This document shows, piece by piece, positions 18,976-28,401 of a stretch of 64,000 nucleotides of DNA. Made by a program: the position numbers and the translations under genes. How positions within the stretch are numbered: the first letter of the stretch is position 1; the number at the start of each line of letters is the position of its first letter. The notes under the pieces were generated by a model, which did not search any database, was not told the origin of the DNA, and worked only from the letters and a program-made list of their open reading frames with translations. Location: the NCBI GenBank assembly GCA_000987045.1, contig LAKY01000049.1, positions 37,735 to 101,734 of the forward strand, read 5' to 3'. The stretch is from Clostridiales bacterium PH28_bin88 (GTDB taxonomy: Bacteria; Bacillota; PH28-bin88).

Positions 18976-21546
18976 TTAGTTCTTGATGATGAGGTAGCGC
19001 AGGATGTTGTTGGTGTCGGACATTTCGGATCCGTCACCCTTGTCGATCGGGGTCAGAGAGTTGACCTTGTTGCCTTCAAAGATTTCGTCGAAGGCGATCG
19101 TCTTGGGCGTACCGGTCACGTCGTAGAGCTGAGTATCGCTGTTGACAAAGTACCATTCTCCGCCGATCTTAACAGCCTTGCTGCTGTAGTTGATTTCCTC
19201 AACAGTGTAAACAGTGTTTGACACGTCAATCTTGGTCACACTGGTGAGGTCGGTGCCGCTGGCCTGGAAGGTCACGAAGCTCTTGTAAGCAGAGTTAGTG
19301 TAACCAGCCGTCTCATCAACATCGTCGGCGTCGTAACGGGATACGGTGCCGTTCACGTTAAGCTTCAGGTAGTAGCCGTCAGCATCCCTACCCTTTTCTT
19401 GAACGACCGCGAACTTAGCCGCAGCAGCCGGGTTGCCAGAGAGTACCAAGTACTGCAGGTCTACACCGTCAGCCTTGAAGTAGTAGTAGGCATTGGCACC
19501 GTAAGTCTTCAACTCGGTCCAGTTGGAAACCTTCGGATCGGAAGCAACGTTCTTGAAGATTACGGTGCTGTCGGTCACGTTGTAGAAGGTTCCGTTGAGT
19601 TTCACGCGCTTGTTGTCGGTGTCGTAGCCGCCTACGTTACCATCGCTGGTGTTGGCATCCAGGATTTCAAGATTGTCGATGGCGCCATCGCTGGTGAGGT
19701 CGTACTTCACGAAGTAGCCCTTAACGATTTCGGCTACCGCGGCAACATCGTCACCGTCGTAAACAGTGCCGCCAACAGTCTTGATATTACTGTCAGCATT
19801 GACAGTGTAGGTCACCTTGCTGCCGTCGCCCAGTAAGAGCTTCACGTTGGCCAGGATGTCATAGGCAGCGCCGCCCTTGTAGACGAGGTCACGGCCGCGG
19901 ATAACGCCATACTGCTTGCTGGCAGCGCCGGTGTTACCTTTTACGAATTCGACATCGCCGTTGCTGTTCAGGGTCAGGGTAACAGCCTTGCCAAGCAGGC
20001 TCTCGAGGTCAGCCGTCATGGAAGCATTGGACTTATAGGTTTCGCCGCCGTCCAGAGAAACTATTGTCCGCTGAGCGGTGCCGTTGCTGGTGGCGAGTTC
20101 GTACTTGGTACCAGTTACCTTAATCCTCCAAGCACTGTCGGAGTCGTATTCCATGGACTCGAGGGTACCTTCTACCTTCTTGCCGCCGATGGTGACCTTG
20201 TAGTCAAGACCTTCGGCAGTGTTAGGGGAAATGCTAATGGTGTCGCCAGCCTGGATGGCGTCGAAACCAACTTCCTTGCCGCCCTTGAAGATCTTGTAGA
20301 CAGTCTCGTCGTCGCTGGCGTCGGTATTGAAGTTAGCCAGGTTAGCGTTCGTAGTTCCGGAAACAACAGTGATCCGCTTGGTGGTGGTGTTCACGCTCTT
20401 CACAATACCCGGTTGTGTCCCAGGGCTGCCCAGGCCGATGTAGTAAACCTGGTTGTCCTTGTTGAACTGCAGGGTGATGCTCGGAGCTTCGAGAGCGTAT
20501 GAGTAAGTACTACCACTTACAGTCAGAGTCCCCAGGCTTCCGGAGAGAATAGCATTGGTGGCCACAGTATAAGTCTTGTCGTCGTTCTTAACCTTAAAGC
20601 CACTGTTGGTCCCGCTGACAAATGCGCCAGTACCTTCCAAGGTGGCAGTAGCGTAGTCACTATTGCTCTTATCTTGTTCAGTGTCCTTCACTACGGTGAA
20701 ATCCTGAACGGTGGCAACAGCCACTTCGCCGTCCTTGTTGAGAACGAAGTCAACAAACTTGTTCTTCAGGCCATCGATGTTGCTTGCACCTGCGAAAGTG
20801 ACGGTCTTAGCAGCCTTCTTAGAGCCGCCAACGTAGCTGATGGTGTATTCGCCGTTACTTACGGTCCAGCCAGTCACGAAAGCGTCATCAATGACAGAAC
20901 CCTTGTAGTTCTTAACAACCAACTTTTCGGCCGGGGTCTTCCCGTCAACAAAGCTGTCGGTGTCTTTGTCGTACTTGACCCAGTTTTGGTCTAGTGTTGC
21001 GTCAACAATAGCAAACACATCGCCACGTACCGAAGGAGCCTTGGCATCGAAGCTCAGGTCATCGGTAATCCCAAGCTCAACGGCCTTTGCGAGGTAATCT
21101 ACCGGCCAACTGCCAGGTAGGTTGTCGTTGTAGCCAAGGATGCGCAGTACGACTGTCAGAACCTCGGCGTAGCTGATTTTGTCGTTGGGACGGAAGGTAC
21201 CAGCAGGATCGCCCTTCACAAACCCTTTTGCAGCTGCCAGGTTAATCCAACCAGTATACCATTCGCCGGTCTTAACGTCGCTGAACTGGGAAGGAGTATT
21301 CTTCATCAGGTCAGCAGCTTCTTTTAGACCTGCAGTCACTATTGCAACTTTAGCAAATTCTGCACGAGTAATGTTCTTGTCTAGGCCAAAGGTCCCATCG
21401 GGATACCCTTCAACGATTCCCATCGCGTTCAGCTTAGTAGCGGCGTTTTCTTGAATGGTAGCCGCGCCAGCCGTCATGGGAACAGCCAAGCTGAGAACGA
21501 AGGTTAGTGCGACGATTAGAGCGATGAGTTTCTTGTGGCTCTTCAT
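18976..21546 (-). CDS. S-layer protein (three N-terminal SLH domains, large Thr/Gly/Asp/Val-rich body)
   Basis: Signal peptide ending AGA. SLH repeats are present (GIVEGYPDGTFGLDKNITRAEFAKV; FSDVKTGEWYTGWINLAAAKGFVKG). The acidic low-complexity body is typical of S-layer proteins, and there is a long upstream untranslated region. Confidence 0.8.
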   Translation of the reverse strand: MKSHKKLIALIVALTFVLSLAVPMTAGAATIQENAATKLNAMGIVEGYPDGTFGLDKNITRAEFAKVAIVTAGLKEAADLMKNTPSQFSDVKTGEWYTGWINLAAAKGFVKGDPAGTFRPNDKISYAEVLTVVLRILGYNDNLPGSWPVDYLAKAVELGITDDLSFDAKAPSVRGDVFAIVDATLDQNWVKYDKDTDSFVDGKTPAEKLVVKNYKGSVIDDAFVTGWTVSNGEYTISYVGGSKKAAKTVTFAGASNIDGLKNKFVDFVLNKDGEVAVATVQDFTVVKDTEQDKSNSDYATATLEGTGAFVSGTNSGFKVKNDDKTYTVATNAILSGSLGTLTVSGSTYSYALEAPSITLQFNKDNQVYYIGLGSPGTQPGIVKSVNTTTKRITVVSGTTNANLANFNTDASDDETVYKIFKGGKEVGFDAIQAGDTISISPNTAEGLDYKVTIGGKKVEGTLESMEYDSDSAWRIKVTGTKYELATSNGTAQRTIVSLDGGETYKSNASMTADLESLLGKAVTLTLNSNGDVEFVKGNTGAASKQYGVIRGRDLVYKGGAAYDILANVKLLLGDGSKVTYTVNADSNIKTVGGTVYDGDDVAAVAEIVKGYFVKYDLTSDGAIDNLEILDANTSDGNVGGYDTDNKRVKLNGTFYNVTDSTVIFKNVASDPKVSNWTELKTYGANAYYYFKADGVDLQYLVLSGNPAAAAKFAVVQEKGRDADGYYLKLNVNGTVSRYDADDVDETAGYTNSAYKSFVTFQASGTDLTSVTKIDVSNTVYTVEEINYSSKAVKIGGEWYFVNSDTQLYDVTGTPKTIAFDEIFEGNKVNSLTPIDKGDGSEMSDTNNILRYLIIKN

Positions 21547-22054
21547 TCTTTCTAAATCCCCCTTTTTTGGTTTCTCACTTTCCCAAACACTTTAGACTAC
21601 GAGCGACATTTAGAACCTGTTTCCCTTTTTGGGGCCATCACTCCCTCCGGGTAGATTTTATGCAATTAACCTAAAGGCTCTTTTATTATCAGTGATTGCG
21701 ATGGTCACAATCACCAATAACCTATTGAAAATGAAGTAAAGCGATTTAAGCGGTATTTGGTTTTCAAAGAGCTTTGGATTTGTCCACTCACCAATTAACT
21801 ACGCGAGGGGGGGTGGAAAACTTGCAGGTTTTTTTCAAGTTTCCCAAGGAATTTTTTGCCCTAAAATATGACATCCCCGCGTGGAACCAAGTTATGTTAA
21901 GGTTGCCGAAGGTTGCTATGTTATACTTTTTCTCTACTGGCGGGGAGGTGCAAATTCCGCCGATTTTAGCCTACACTGATCATTATAGCCAACCGCGTGG
22001 GACAAGTCAATTACCTTTAAGTAAGGTTTTGCCAGGGAAATAATGTTAGTTAGG

Positions 22055-22783
22055 TCATTTTTTCAAGGATTCTTTGAGGACGAGCAAAGCGAACTTGGGG
22101 AGGGCCAGCATGCGGCCGGCGCGCCTGGGTTCTTTTAAGAGGCGGTAGAGCCACTCCAGTTTAAGCCTCTGGAAGGCCTCGGGGGCGCGTTTGGCCTTGC
22201 CCGCCAGCACGTCCAGGGTGCCGCCGATGCCGATGAGGACCGGGACCTTAAGTTGGTCCATGTGCTCCCGGATCCAGTACTCCTGCTTGGGCGCCCCCAG
22301 GGCGACCAGGAGGATGTCGGGTTTTGTTTTTTGTATACTGCTCAACAGGCCTTTTTGCCCCTGGGCGTCCAGGTAGCCGTGGGAGGTGCCCGCGATCTGG
22401 ATGCCGGGGTATTCCTCCACCATTTTACGGGCGGCTTCCTCGGCGACGCCGGGGGCGGCGCCGTAGAGGAAGATGCGCCAGCCCTTGATGGCCGCGGTGG
22501 GGAGGATGGCCTGCACCAGGTCGATGCCGGTCACCCGCTCGGGTACGGGGGTACCCAGTTTTCCGGCGGCCCACACCACCCCGGCCCCGTCGGGGGTAAC
22601 CAGGTGGGCGGAGTTGATGATATCCTTTAAAGCGGGCTCGTGCTGGGCCCGATAAATGATTTCGGCGTTAAGGGTGATGATGTGGTGGGGGGTACCTTCC
22701 TTGATATACTCCTCCACCTTTTCCAGGGTACCTTGCATGTCCACGGGGTCAACCAGGGTCCCCAGGACGGATACTTTCTTCAT
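22055..22783 (-). CDS. tagA: WecG/TagA/CpsF family (GT26) glycosyltransferase
   Basis: VTPDGAGVVWAAGKLG, LLVALGAPKQEYWI, LEWLYRLLKEPRR. I prefer the start MKKVSVLG at 22783. Confidence 0.85.
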   Translation of the reverse strand: MKKVSVLGTLVDPVDMQGTLEKVEEYIKEGTPHHIITLNAEIIYRAQHEPALKDIINSAHLVTPDGAGVVWAAGKLGTPVPERVTGIDLVQAILPTAAIKGWRIFLYGAAPGVAEEAARKMVEEYPGIQIAGTSHGYLDAQGQKGLLSSIQKTKPDILLVALGAPKQEYWIREHMDQLKVPVLIGIGGTLDVLAGKAKRAPEAFQRLKLEWLYRLLKEPRRAGRMLALPKFALLVLKESLKK

Positions 22784-22813
22784 TCCCACTTCTAACCTCT
22801 CACTTCTCACTTC
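22784..22813. repeat. Tandem heptamers (minus strand GAGAAGT x3-4) filling the LCP-tagA spacer
   Basis: cccacttctaacctctcacttctcacttct. Confidence 0.8.
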
Positions 22814-23794
22814 TCAATTGGCTGCCATCTTGTTGACTATTTCTTTCGTCTTTTCGTCGGAAGGGACCCAGTAGCTGATGCCCTTGATGTACTCGGGGTT
22901 GCCGGGCAGGGTGGCGGTTTCTATCTTGGCGGCGCCGGCGTCCTTGAACACCTTGGCCAGGCCAAGCATTTCTTTGAAGTTCAGGTCGGTGCGCACCTGG
23001 GCCTGCACTTCCTTGATCAGTTCGGGCAGCTTCCACACGGTGCTGATGCTTAAAGCCTGGTCCGCCAGGGCAACCAGGAACTTCTGCTGGCGTTTGATGC
23101 GGGTGGTATCGTCCCCGTCATTCCTGTAGCGGACGTACTGCAGGGCCTTATCCCCGTCCAGGCGCTGGAGGCCGGGGTAGAGGTCGATGCCCTCAAGGGC
23201 GTACTCCATGCGCTTCTCCACCTCTATTTCCACTCCGCCCAGGATGTCGATCACCGCGGCAAAGCCCTGGAAATTGACCTCCACAGACCGCTTGACGTCT
23301 ATGTCCAGGAAGTCTTCCACCGTCTGGGCCAAGAGACTTGGCCCGCCATAGGCGTGGGCGTGGCCGATCTTCTCCTTGCTGGACCTGCCGGGGATCTTGA
23401 CATAGGTGTCCCGGGGGATGGAGAGGACGCTGATCCTGGATTCCTTGTCGTCGATAAAGGCCACCATGATGGTGTCCGCCCGGGAAGGCTCGTTGGCGCG
23501 CTGGTCGACCCCTATTAAAAGGATGCCGCCGGGCCGCTTTTCTTCGGCGGGCGTGCCGGTTTTATCCGGTTTTTGGGAATCATCGGGATCGTTAATTACG
23601 CTGCCGATAAAGTTGTCCGCCAGCTGGTACCCCACGTAGGCGAAGGCGAAAAAGGCAAGCAGGATTAACGCTAAAGCAGGTAAAATATAAGAAGACTTTC
23701 TCCGCTTCTTTTTTCTCAGTTGCGGACGCCGCGGGGAATCGCCCCAGAATTCGTCGTATTCGTAATGCCTGTAGTCTTTGGGCACGGGATACAC
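22814..23794 (-). CDS. LytR-CpsA-Psr (LCP) family cell-wall polymer transferase
   Basis: TM anchor, then ILLIGVDQRANEPSRADTIMVAFIDDKESRISVLSIPRDTYV. GTG start with a GGGGGG RBS. Confidence 0.85.
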   Translation of the reverse strand: MYPVPKDYRHYEYDEFWGDSPRRPQLRKKKRRKSSYILPALALILLAFFAFAYVGYQLADNFIGSVINDPDDSQKPDKTGTPAEEKRPGGILLIGVDQRANEPSRADTIMVAFIDDKESRISVLSIPRDTYVKIPGRSSKEKIGHAHAYGGPSLLAQTVEDFLDIDVKRSVEVNFQGFAAVIDILGGVEIEVEKRMEYALEGIDLYPGLQRLDGDKALQYVRYRNDGDDTTRIKRQQKFLVALADQALSISTVWKLPELIKEVQAQVRTDLNFKEMLGLAKVFKDAGAAKIETATLPGNPEYIKGISYWVPSDEKTKEIVNKMAAN

Positions 23795-23804
23795 CCCCCA
23801 TTTT

Positions 23805-23833
23805 GTGACTGGCTGCTAGTGACCGGTGACTAT
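23805..23833. repeat. Heptamer-type repeats (GTGACTN)
   Basis: gtgactggctgctagtgaccggtgactat, directly upstream of the LCP RBS. Confidence 0.7.
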
Positions 23834-24003
23834 GGAGACATGGGGACTGGAGACATGGGCGAGACATGGGGACGGTTCCATCGTCTTCCCGATTAAGGAA
23901 TGGGGACACACCTGCTGAAGCCCGGGCTGGTCTTTGGGGACAGGAATGTCCCCAACTATGCTTCGCTACGCTCCGGGGACAATCGAACCGTCCCCATGTC
24001 TCC
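23834..24003 (+). repeat. GGGGAC-hairpin palindromic element, full form with extra left-arm units
   Basis: gagacatgggg x3, then GGGGACGGTTCCATCG...central module...GGGGACAATCGAACCGTCCCCATGTCTCC. Confidence 0.9.
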
Positions 24004-24093
24004 TTCAGTATAATGATAGCCGGTTACGTTTTATAGTAGACGTTTGATGAGACCGGTTTGTTCCCGGAACGCATAAATTTTTTCTCTGGGAGT

Positions 24094-24708
24094 TTATGGG
24101 TAGATGCTGGCGGTGCGGGTGTTATTGTCCCACTCCACCCTTGCTCCCAGGAGTTCGCTGATGGCCCTCAAGGGGACCATGGTACGGTTGTTGACCAGCT
24201 GGGGCGGGGAGTCCAGCTGCACTTTCCTGCCGTCCACGGTGGCGGTCGGGCTGCCGATCCGCATGGTGACCGTCCGGCCGCCCAGGCGGTAGATGACGCT
24301 CCGGGTGCTGTTCTCCCAGTCCACCTGGGCCCCGAGGGCCTCCCCCAGGAAACGGAAGGGGAGCATGGTCCGCCCGCTGTCACTCAAGTACGGGGGGGCA
24401 TCCAGGGTTTTGGGCTTGTTGCCGATATAGGCGACGTTGTTTCCTATTGTCAAGGTGACCCGCAGCTCAAGGCGGGCCTTTAACGGGGCGACCCGCTTCT
24501 CCAGTTCCACCACTTTGGCACTCAGGTCCTCCACCTGCTGGACCAGGGGGCTTAACTGCTCGGCCAGGTATAGCTGCAAGAACGCCCTGGAGACAAAGGG
24601 GTCGGCCTCGCTGCCGGCAGGGGCCGCCAGCACCGCCCGCCCTAATATGTAGGAAAGGGAAAATAGGAGAACGGCCGCTGAAGTTAGCCGTATAAGACGC
24701 GATGTCAT
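24094..24708 (-). CDS. Secreted protein with copper-amine-oxidase N-terminal-like (stalk) domain
   Basis: TMLPFRFLGEALGAQVDWENSTRSVIY and RTMVPLRAISELLGARVEWDNNTRTASI. I prefer the start MTSRLIRL at 24708 (GGAGG-N9). Confidence 0.7.
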   Translation of the reverse strand: MTSRLIRLTSAAVLLFSLSYILGRAVLAAPAGSEADPFVSRAFLQLYLAEQLSPLVQQVEDLSAKVVELEKRVAPLKARLELRVTLTIGNNVAYIGNKPKTLDAPPYLSDSGRTMLPFRFLGEALGAQVDWENSTRSVIYRLGGRTVTMRIGSPTATVDGRKVQLDSPPQLVNNRTMVPLRAISELLGARVEWDNNTRTASIYP

Positions 24709-24742
24709 CGAAAGAGTCCTCCGCACTCACGCGCACGCTACG

Positions 24743-24877
24743 CCACGGGGACGGTTCCATCGTCTCCCCGATTAAGGAATGGGGACACACCTGCTGAAGC
24801 CCGGGCTGGTCTTTTGGGACAGGAATGTCCCCAACTATGCTTCGCTTCGCTCCGGGGACAATCGAACCGTCCCCATG
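24743..24877 (+). repeat. GGGGAC-hairpin palindromic element, full about 135-bp form
   Basis: CCACGGGGACGGTTCCATCGTCTCCCCGATTAAGGAATGGGGACAC...TGTCCCC...GGGGACAATCGAACCGTCCCCATGG. Near-identical to 49778-49913. Confidence 0.95.
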
Positions 24878-25238
24878 GCTCCGCTCGCATACTCGCGCAT
24901 ACTTTAGATTAGATTTCCTGTTAGCTGCCGCTATATAGGTTTCGACAGCAGGCGGGGTTTTCCTGTCCGCTCCGATGGGAAAATCCATGGTACATCAGGA
25001 AAAAATCAGCTTAAAAAAATTTTTAAAAAAATTAAAATTGGAGAAGGATTCTTAGCAAGCAAGTGGAATATAATAAACCGAGAGAAGTTTGGTAGTGTAG
25101 AGATTTGTACTAGTTTTCACTTAGTCAGCGCTACCGTCACAGTAACAACTTTTTATTTATCCGTGGTTTGTGCTTGTGTTCACATGTTTTAACAGTCTTA
25201 CCGAAGTCTTACTTAAATCGAAAGGGGGCGTTGGAGAG

Positions 25239-25406
25239 ATGAAAGATCCGTTCGCAGCACTCAGAAAAGAGCGTAACTACCTGCTTAACCAGTGGATCAA
25301 CGCCAGAGACCATGAGAAAGCCACGATCCTGGTCAAAATCATGGACATTGACGAACAGTTGGAAGCGGCGAAGCCGAAGATCCGGAAACGCAAGCAGGTG
25401 AGCTAG
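25239..25406 (+). CDS. Small hypothetical protein (55 aa, helical, basic C-terminus)
   Basis: AAAGGGGG RBS, then ATG at 25239 (MKDPFAALRKERNYLLNQWINARDHEK...). A strong terminator follows. Confidence 0.45.
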   Translation: MKDPFAALRKERNYLLNQWINARDHEKATILVKIMDIDEQLEAAKPKIRKRKQVS

Positions 25407-25410
25407 AAGT

Positions 25411-25434
25411 TAGTGACTAGTGACTGGTGACTGG
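25411..25434. repeat. Tandem heptamers GTGACTA/GTGACTG
   Basis: tagtgactagtgactggtgactgg, between convergent gene ends. Confidence 0.85.
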
Positions 25435-26403
25435 CAAAGGACGCGAAAACGCGTCCTTTTCTCTTTTGGTAAGGTCGTAGATGATGCCGCCGAGCCAGGT
25501 GGAGGGAATCAGGAGCACCGGTTCCCCCGCCTGCAAAGTAACGGTCCCCCAGGCGACCACCTTGGGGATGGCGGCGGTGTCCACCTCCCGGGCAATGCGG
25601 TAATGGAGCCAGAGGTTTTCCGGGTTGATGGCGAAGTCGGTCTCCAGGTAGCGGTGAAAGGCCAGCACCAGCGCGGGCAGGTGGATAAAGTACACCCGGG
25701 GGCGGGTGAGTTCGGCCAGGAGGGCTCCCAGGATGCGGTCGTCCCGGGGGCTGATCTCCATGGTAAAAAGGTTTTCCAGCTCCACCTCCTGGCCGTCCAC
25801 CACGATCGGGTTGACAAACTTTTTGACCTCGGACAGGACCCGGCGGTCGATGCGGACGTAGTACGCAATGTCCACTGAAAGTGCTTCCTCCAACAGCGGC
25901 ACGAGGGCTTTTGGTCCGGCTTCCCGGAAAACGCTTTCCAGGGGGGACGTCCGGTCAAGGGCCGTCCTGACCGGGAAAAAGACCGCCCCGGAACGGAAGT
26001 CTTCCTTATAATTGATGCTGTACACCGCGGTCATGAGCAGTTGGTCGCCGTCGGCCCCCAGGAAGAGGACGTTCAGGTTGTCGGTTTCCCGGTTCCTTAG
26101 CGGCAGGTTTGGCGCGAGTTGGGCCGGTTGTTTCACCGGCAGGGGGGTAGCATTGTCTGGCCGGGCTGAAGTGACGGGGTTAATGGGAGCAGGCGCCGGG
26201 GGTGCCGCCACCTCCGGGGGTTCCGGGACGGTGGACGGCGAAGACTCCGGTTCGGTAAATTTGTATTCCGCCAGGGTGATCGTACCGGCAGGCGGGTATG
26301 AAGGGGGAGCGGCGTGTTTCGTTTGAAACGACAGGGGTTCCGGACCTGCCAGGGTGATGACAAGAAACAGGCTGAAAGAAATAAGCCATCCGGCTTTTTT
26401 CAT
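25417..26403 (-). CDS. Secreted/membrane-anchored protein with a divergent LCP-like region
   Basis: Start MKKAGWLISFSLFLVITLAG (GGGAGG RBS), a Pro-rich linker, then NVLFLGADGDQLLMTAVYSINYKEDFRSGAVFFPVRT, which resembles the LCP core. The 3-prime end reads through the heptamer and terminator sequence, so the stop is uncertain. Confidence 0.5.
   Translation of the reverse strand: MKKAGWLISFSLFLVITLAGPEPLSFQTKHAAPPSYPPAGTITLAEYKFTEPESSPSTVPEPPEVAAPPAPAPINPVTSARPDNATPLPVKQPAQLAPNLPLRNRETDNLNVLFLGADGDQLLMTAVYSINYKEDFRSGAVFFPVRTALDRTSPLESVFREAGPKALVPLLEEALSVDIAYYVRIDRRVLSEVKKFVNPIVVDGQEVELENLFTMEISPRDDRILGALLAELTRPRVYFIHLPALVLAFHRYLETDFAINPENLWLHYRIAREVDTAAIPKVVAWGTVTLQAGEPVLLIPSTWLGGIIYDLTKREKDAFSRPLPVTSH
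25436..25468 (+). terminator. Rho-independent terminator
   Basis: AAAGGACGCG-aaaa-CGCGTCCTTT followed by TCTCTTTTGG. Confidence 0.75.
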
Positions 26404-26442
26404 GATATCCTCCCACTCTACGTCATGGGGACTACGCCAAGG

Positions 26443-26595
26443 GAGACACGGGGACGGTTCCATCGGGAGAGACACGGGGACGGTTCCATCGTCTTCCCTT
26501 CGGCCCTTCGCTACGCTTCGGGGACGCTCGAACCGTCCCCATGTCTCCTCGAACCGTCCCCATGTCTCCTCGGGACGATCGAACCGTCCCCATGG
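26443..26595 (+). repeat. GGGGAC-hairpin element, short form (2 left arms, no central module, 3 right arms)
   Basis: gagacacggggacggttccatcg x2 ... cgaaccgtccccatgtctcct x2, then cgaaccgtccccatgg. Confidence 0.9.
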
Positions 26596-26720
26596 CTACG
26601 CTTTCTTTTTGCTTTGGGCAATTCTTTCCTATTTTTTACCTCCCCTGTGCTTCATATACATGGGATTCCGGGCATACTGGTGTATAATAGAGGTATTATA
26701 AGCCAAAGGAGTTGGAAGAG

Positions 26721-27338
26721 ATGAAACGGATCCTGATCCTGGGTTTCCTGGCCCTGCTGATTGCCCTGGTGTTGATTTCCCCGGTAACCGCCTCCAACCC
26801 CGTGAAGGTGTTGCTGAACGGGCTGGAGTCCCCGGTGGACGGCCTCCTGATCGAGGACCGCACCTACGTCCCCTTGAGGTGGGTTTCGGAGCAGATGGGC
26901 GCCTATGTGGAGTGGAAAGACGGGCAGGTGCGGATCAGCACCACGGACCACCCCATCGCCAAGGACCTGGCGGCCGACCTGAAGGTGCTGGGCGCCGGTG
27001 AATACATGGAGGTCGGAGGCATCCGGTACCGGGTTGACAAGGTGATCTTCGAGACCAAGAACGGCAAAGACTACGCGGCGGTTACCTGGATTGAGGAAGG
27101 GAACGTGAATACTGAGTTCGGCGCCCTGCCTGCCTTCGCTTACGAGATCCAGGGTCTGGACCGGCCCATGAAGCTGGCGGAGTACTCGGTGACGGTCAAC
27201 TCGTCGTTCAACAACAAGACCCAGCGCAGTCTCACCTACACCTTCGCCGTGCCGGGAACGCTCTCTTCCGTTATCTACTTCCCGAACGGCAGTAAGGACC
27301 TGAACGCCAGGCCCATCGCCAAGTGGCGGACGTGGTAA
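26721..27338 (+). CDS. Secreted protein with copper-amine-oxidase N-terminal-like domain
   Basis: AAGGAG-N9-ATG, a signal peptide, and VKVLLNGLESPVDGLLIEDRTYVPLRWVSEQMGAYVEWKDGQVRI. Confidence 0.7.
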   Translation: MKRILILGFLALLIALVLISPVTASNPVKVLLNGLESPVDGLLIEDRTYVPLRWVSEQMGAYVEWKDGQVRISTTDHPIAKDLAADLKVLGAGEYMEVGGIRYRVDKVIFETKNGKDYAAVTWIEEGNVNTEFGALPAFAYEIQGLDRPMKLAEYSVTVNSSFNNKTQRSLTYTFAVPGTLSSVIYFPNGSKDLNARPIAKWRTW

Positions 27339-27420
27339 CGAAAACTTTAAGGCAGCCCAGGGGGCTGCCATTTTGCTAACTGAATCATGTTTTAATTATT
27401 GGGATGCAACCAGAGCGGGT

Positions 27421-27870
27421 TTAACGGATGAACATGGGTATCAAGATGCCGGCAAAGCCGACTACCAGCGCCACAAAAATCCCGATGATCCAGCGGCTGA
27501 TTGAATGGATCTCTTGATGCAAGGAGTCCACTTTCTGATCGACTGTTTTAATTTCGCCGCGGAGCTTCGCTTCTACGATATCAATTTTGTTGCTTAAGGA
27601 TTTTTCTACGTTGTCAATCCGGTTGCTTAAGGATTTTTCTACGTTATCAATTCTGTTGCTCAAGGATGTTTCAACGTTATCAGTTCTGTTGCCTAGAGAA
27701 TCGATCCTTGCACTTAATTTTTCGTCAAATGCCTTGATTTCGCTACGGAGATTCGCTTCCATGGTGTCCATACGGTGGAGCAGGTATCCCAGGAAATCGA
27801 AGCCCCGTGGAAACCTGGGAAAATCGTCGTCAGTCCCGGCGGCTATTTCCTTTCTGGTCTCATCCGGCAT
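27421..27870 (-). CDS. Coiled-coil protein with 11-residue tandem repeats and a C-terminal TM anchor (DUF1640-like)
   Basis: GGGAGGGAGG RBS, then MPDETRKE. Repeats SNRIDNVEKSL x3-4. C-terminal IIGIFVALVVGFAGILIPMFI. Confidence 0.6.
   Translation of the reverse strand: MPDETRKEIAAGTDDDFPRFPRGFDFLGYLLHRMDTMEANLRSEIKAFDEKLSARIDSLGNRTDNVETSLSNRIDNVEKSLSNRIDNVEKSLSNKIDIVEAKLRGEIKTVDQKVDSLHQEIHSISRWIIGIFVALVVGFAGILIPMFIR
27589..27707. repeat. 33-bp in-frame tandem repeat (3.6 units)
   Basis: gttgcttaaggatttttctacgttgtcaatccg repeated with a few substitutions. Confidence 0.9.
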
Positions 27871-27987
27871 TGCCAGGGCACCTCCCTCCCTTACGCCCAT
27901 CATAACATGTTTGAACCCTTGCTACAATGTTAGACGATCTTCCTGGTGGCGGCCACCAGGCCGTTGTTCTGGAGCACCAGCTATTAT

Positions 27988-28398
27988 TCATTCTTTCCCC
28001 ATCCATATTACCGAAATCGTGCTCTCAAGGTGGGAAAATTCCGGGTCTCCGGTCACAACCGGAAGGTCTCCACGCTGGGCCAATGCGGCGGCAAAAGCAT
28101 CAGCATACGATATGGGGTACTCCGCCTTAATACGCGAAGCCGCTAAGGTCAATTCCCTGTCGGCATTAATGACTTTGATGGGCAAGTACCCGAGCATGGC
28201 CAGCATTTCCTCAGCCCGCTGCTTACCGAAACTCCGAGCTGTGATATAATACACCTCTCCCAGGTTGACAACCGTCATCTCTACCGAGAACTTGCCACTG
28301 GCCGCTCTGCGAAGAAACTCCTTTACCTCCAAAGCGCCTTGCTCCCCTTGCAGGTAAGCAAGCAAGGCAAAACTGTCTAAAACCACTCCATCAGCCAT
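27988..28398 (-). CDS. vapC: VapC-type PIN-domain toxin
   Basis: VVLDSFALLAYL..., YADAFAAALA, VVTGDPEF: PIN acidic residues in the standard order. Confidence 0.8.
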   Translation of the reverse strand: MADGVVLDSFALLAYLQGEQGALEVKEFLRRAASGKFSVEMTVVNLGEVYYITARSFGKQRAEEMLAMLGYLPIKVINADRELTLAASRIKAEYPISYADAFAAALAQRGDLPVVTGDPEFSHLESTISVIWMGKE

Positions 28399-28401
28399 GT
28401 A

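Noticed and set aside
21774-22043. 89-aa plus-strand ORF upstream of the S-layer gene
   Set aside because: It lies in the long leader and promoter region of the S-layer gene, with no RBS and no recognisable motif.
26652-27371. 239-aa minus-strand ORF overlapping 26721-27338
   Set aside because: The plus-strand frame has an RBS, a signal peptide and copper-amine-oxidase-like repeats. The minus frame has none of these and is Arg/Gly/His/Val-rich.
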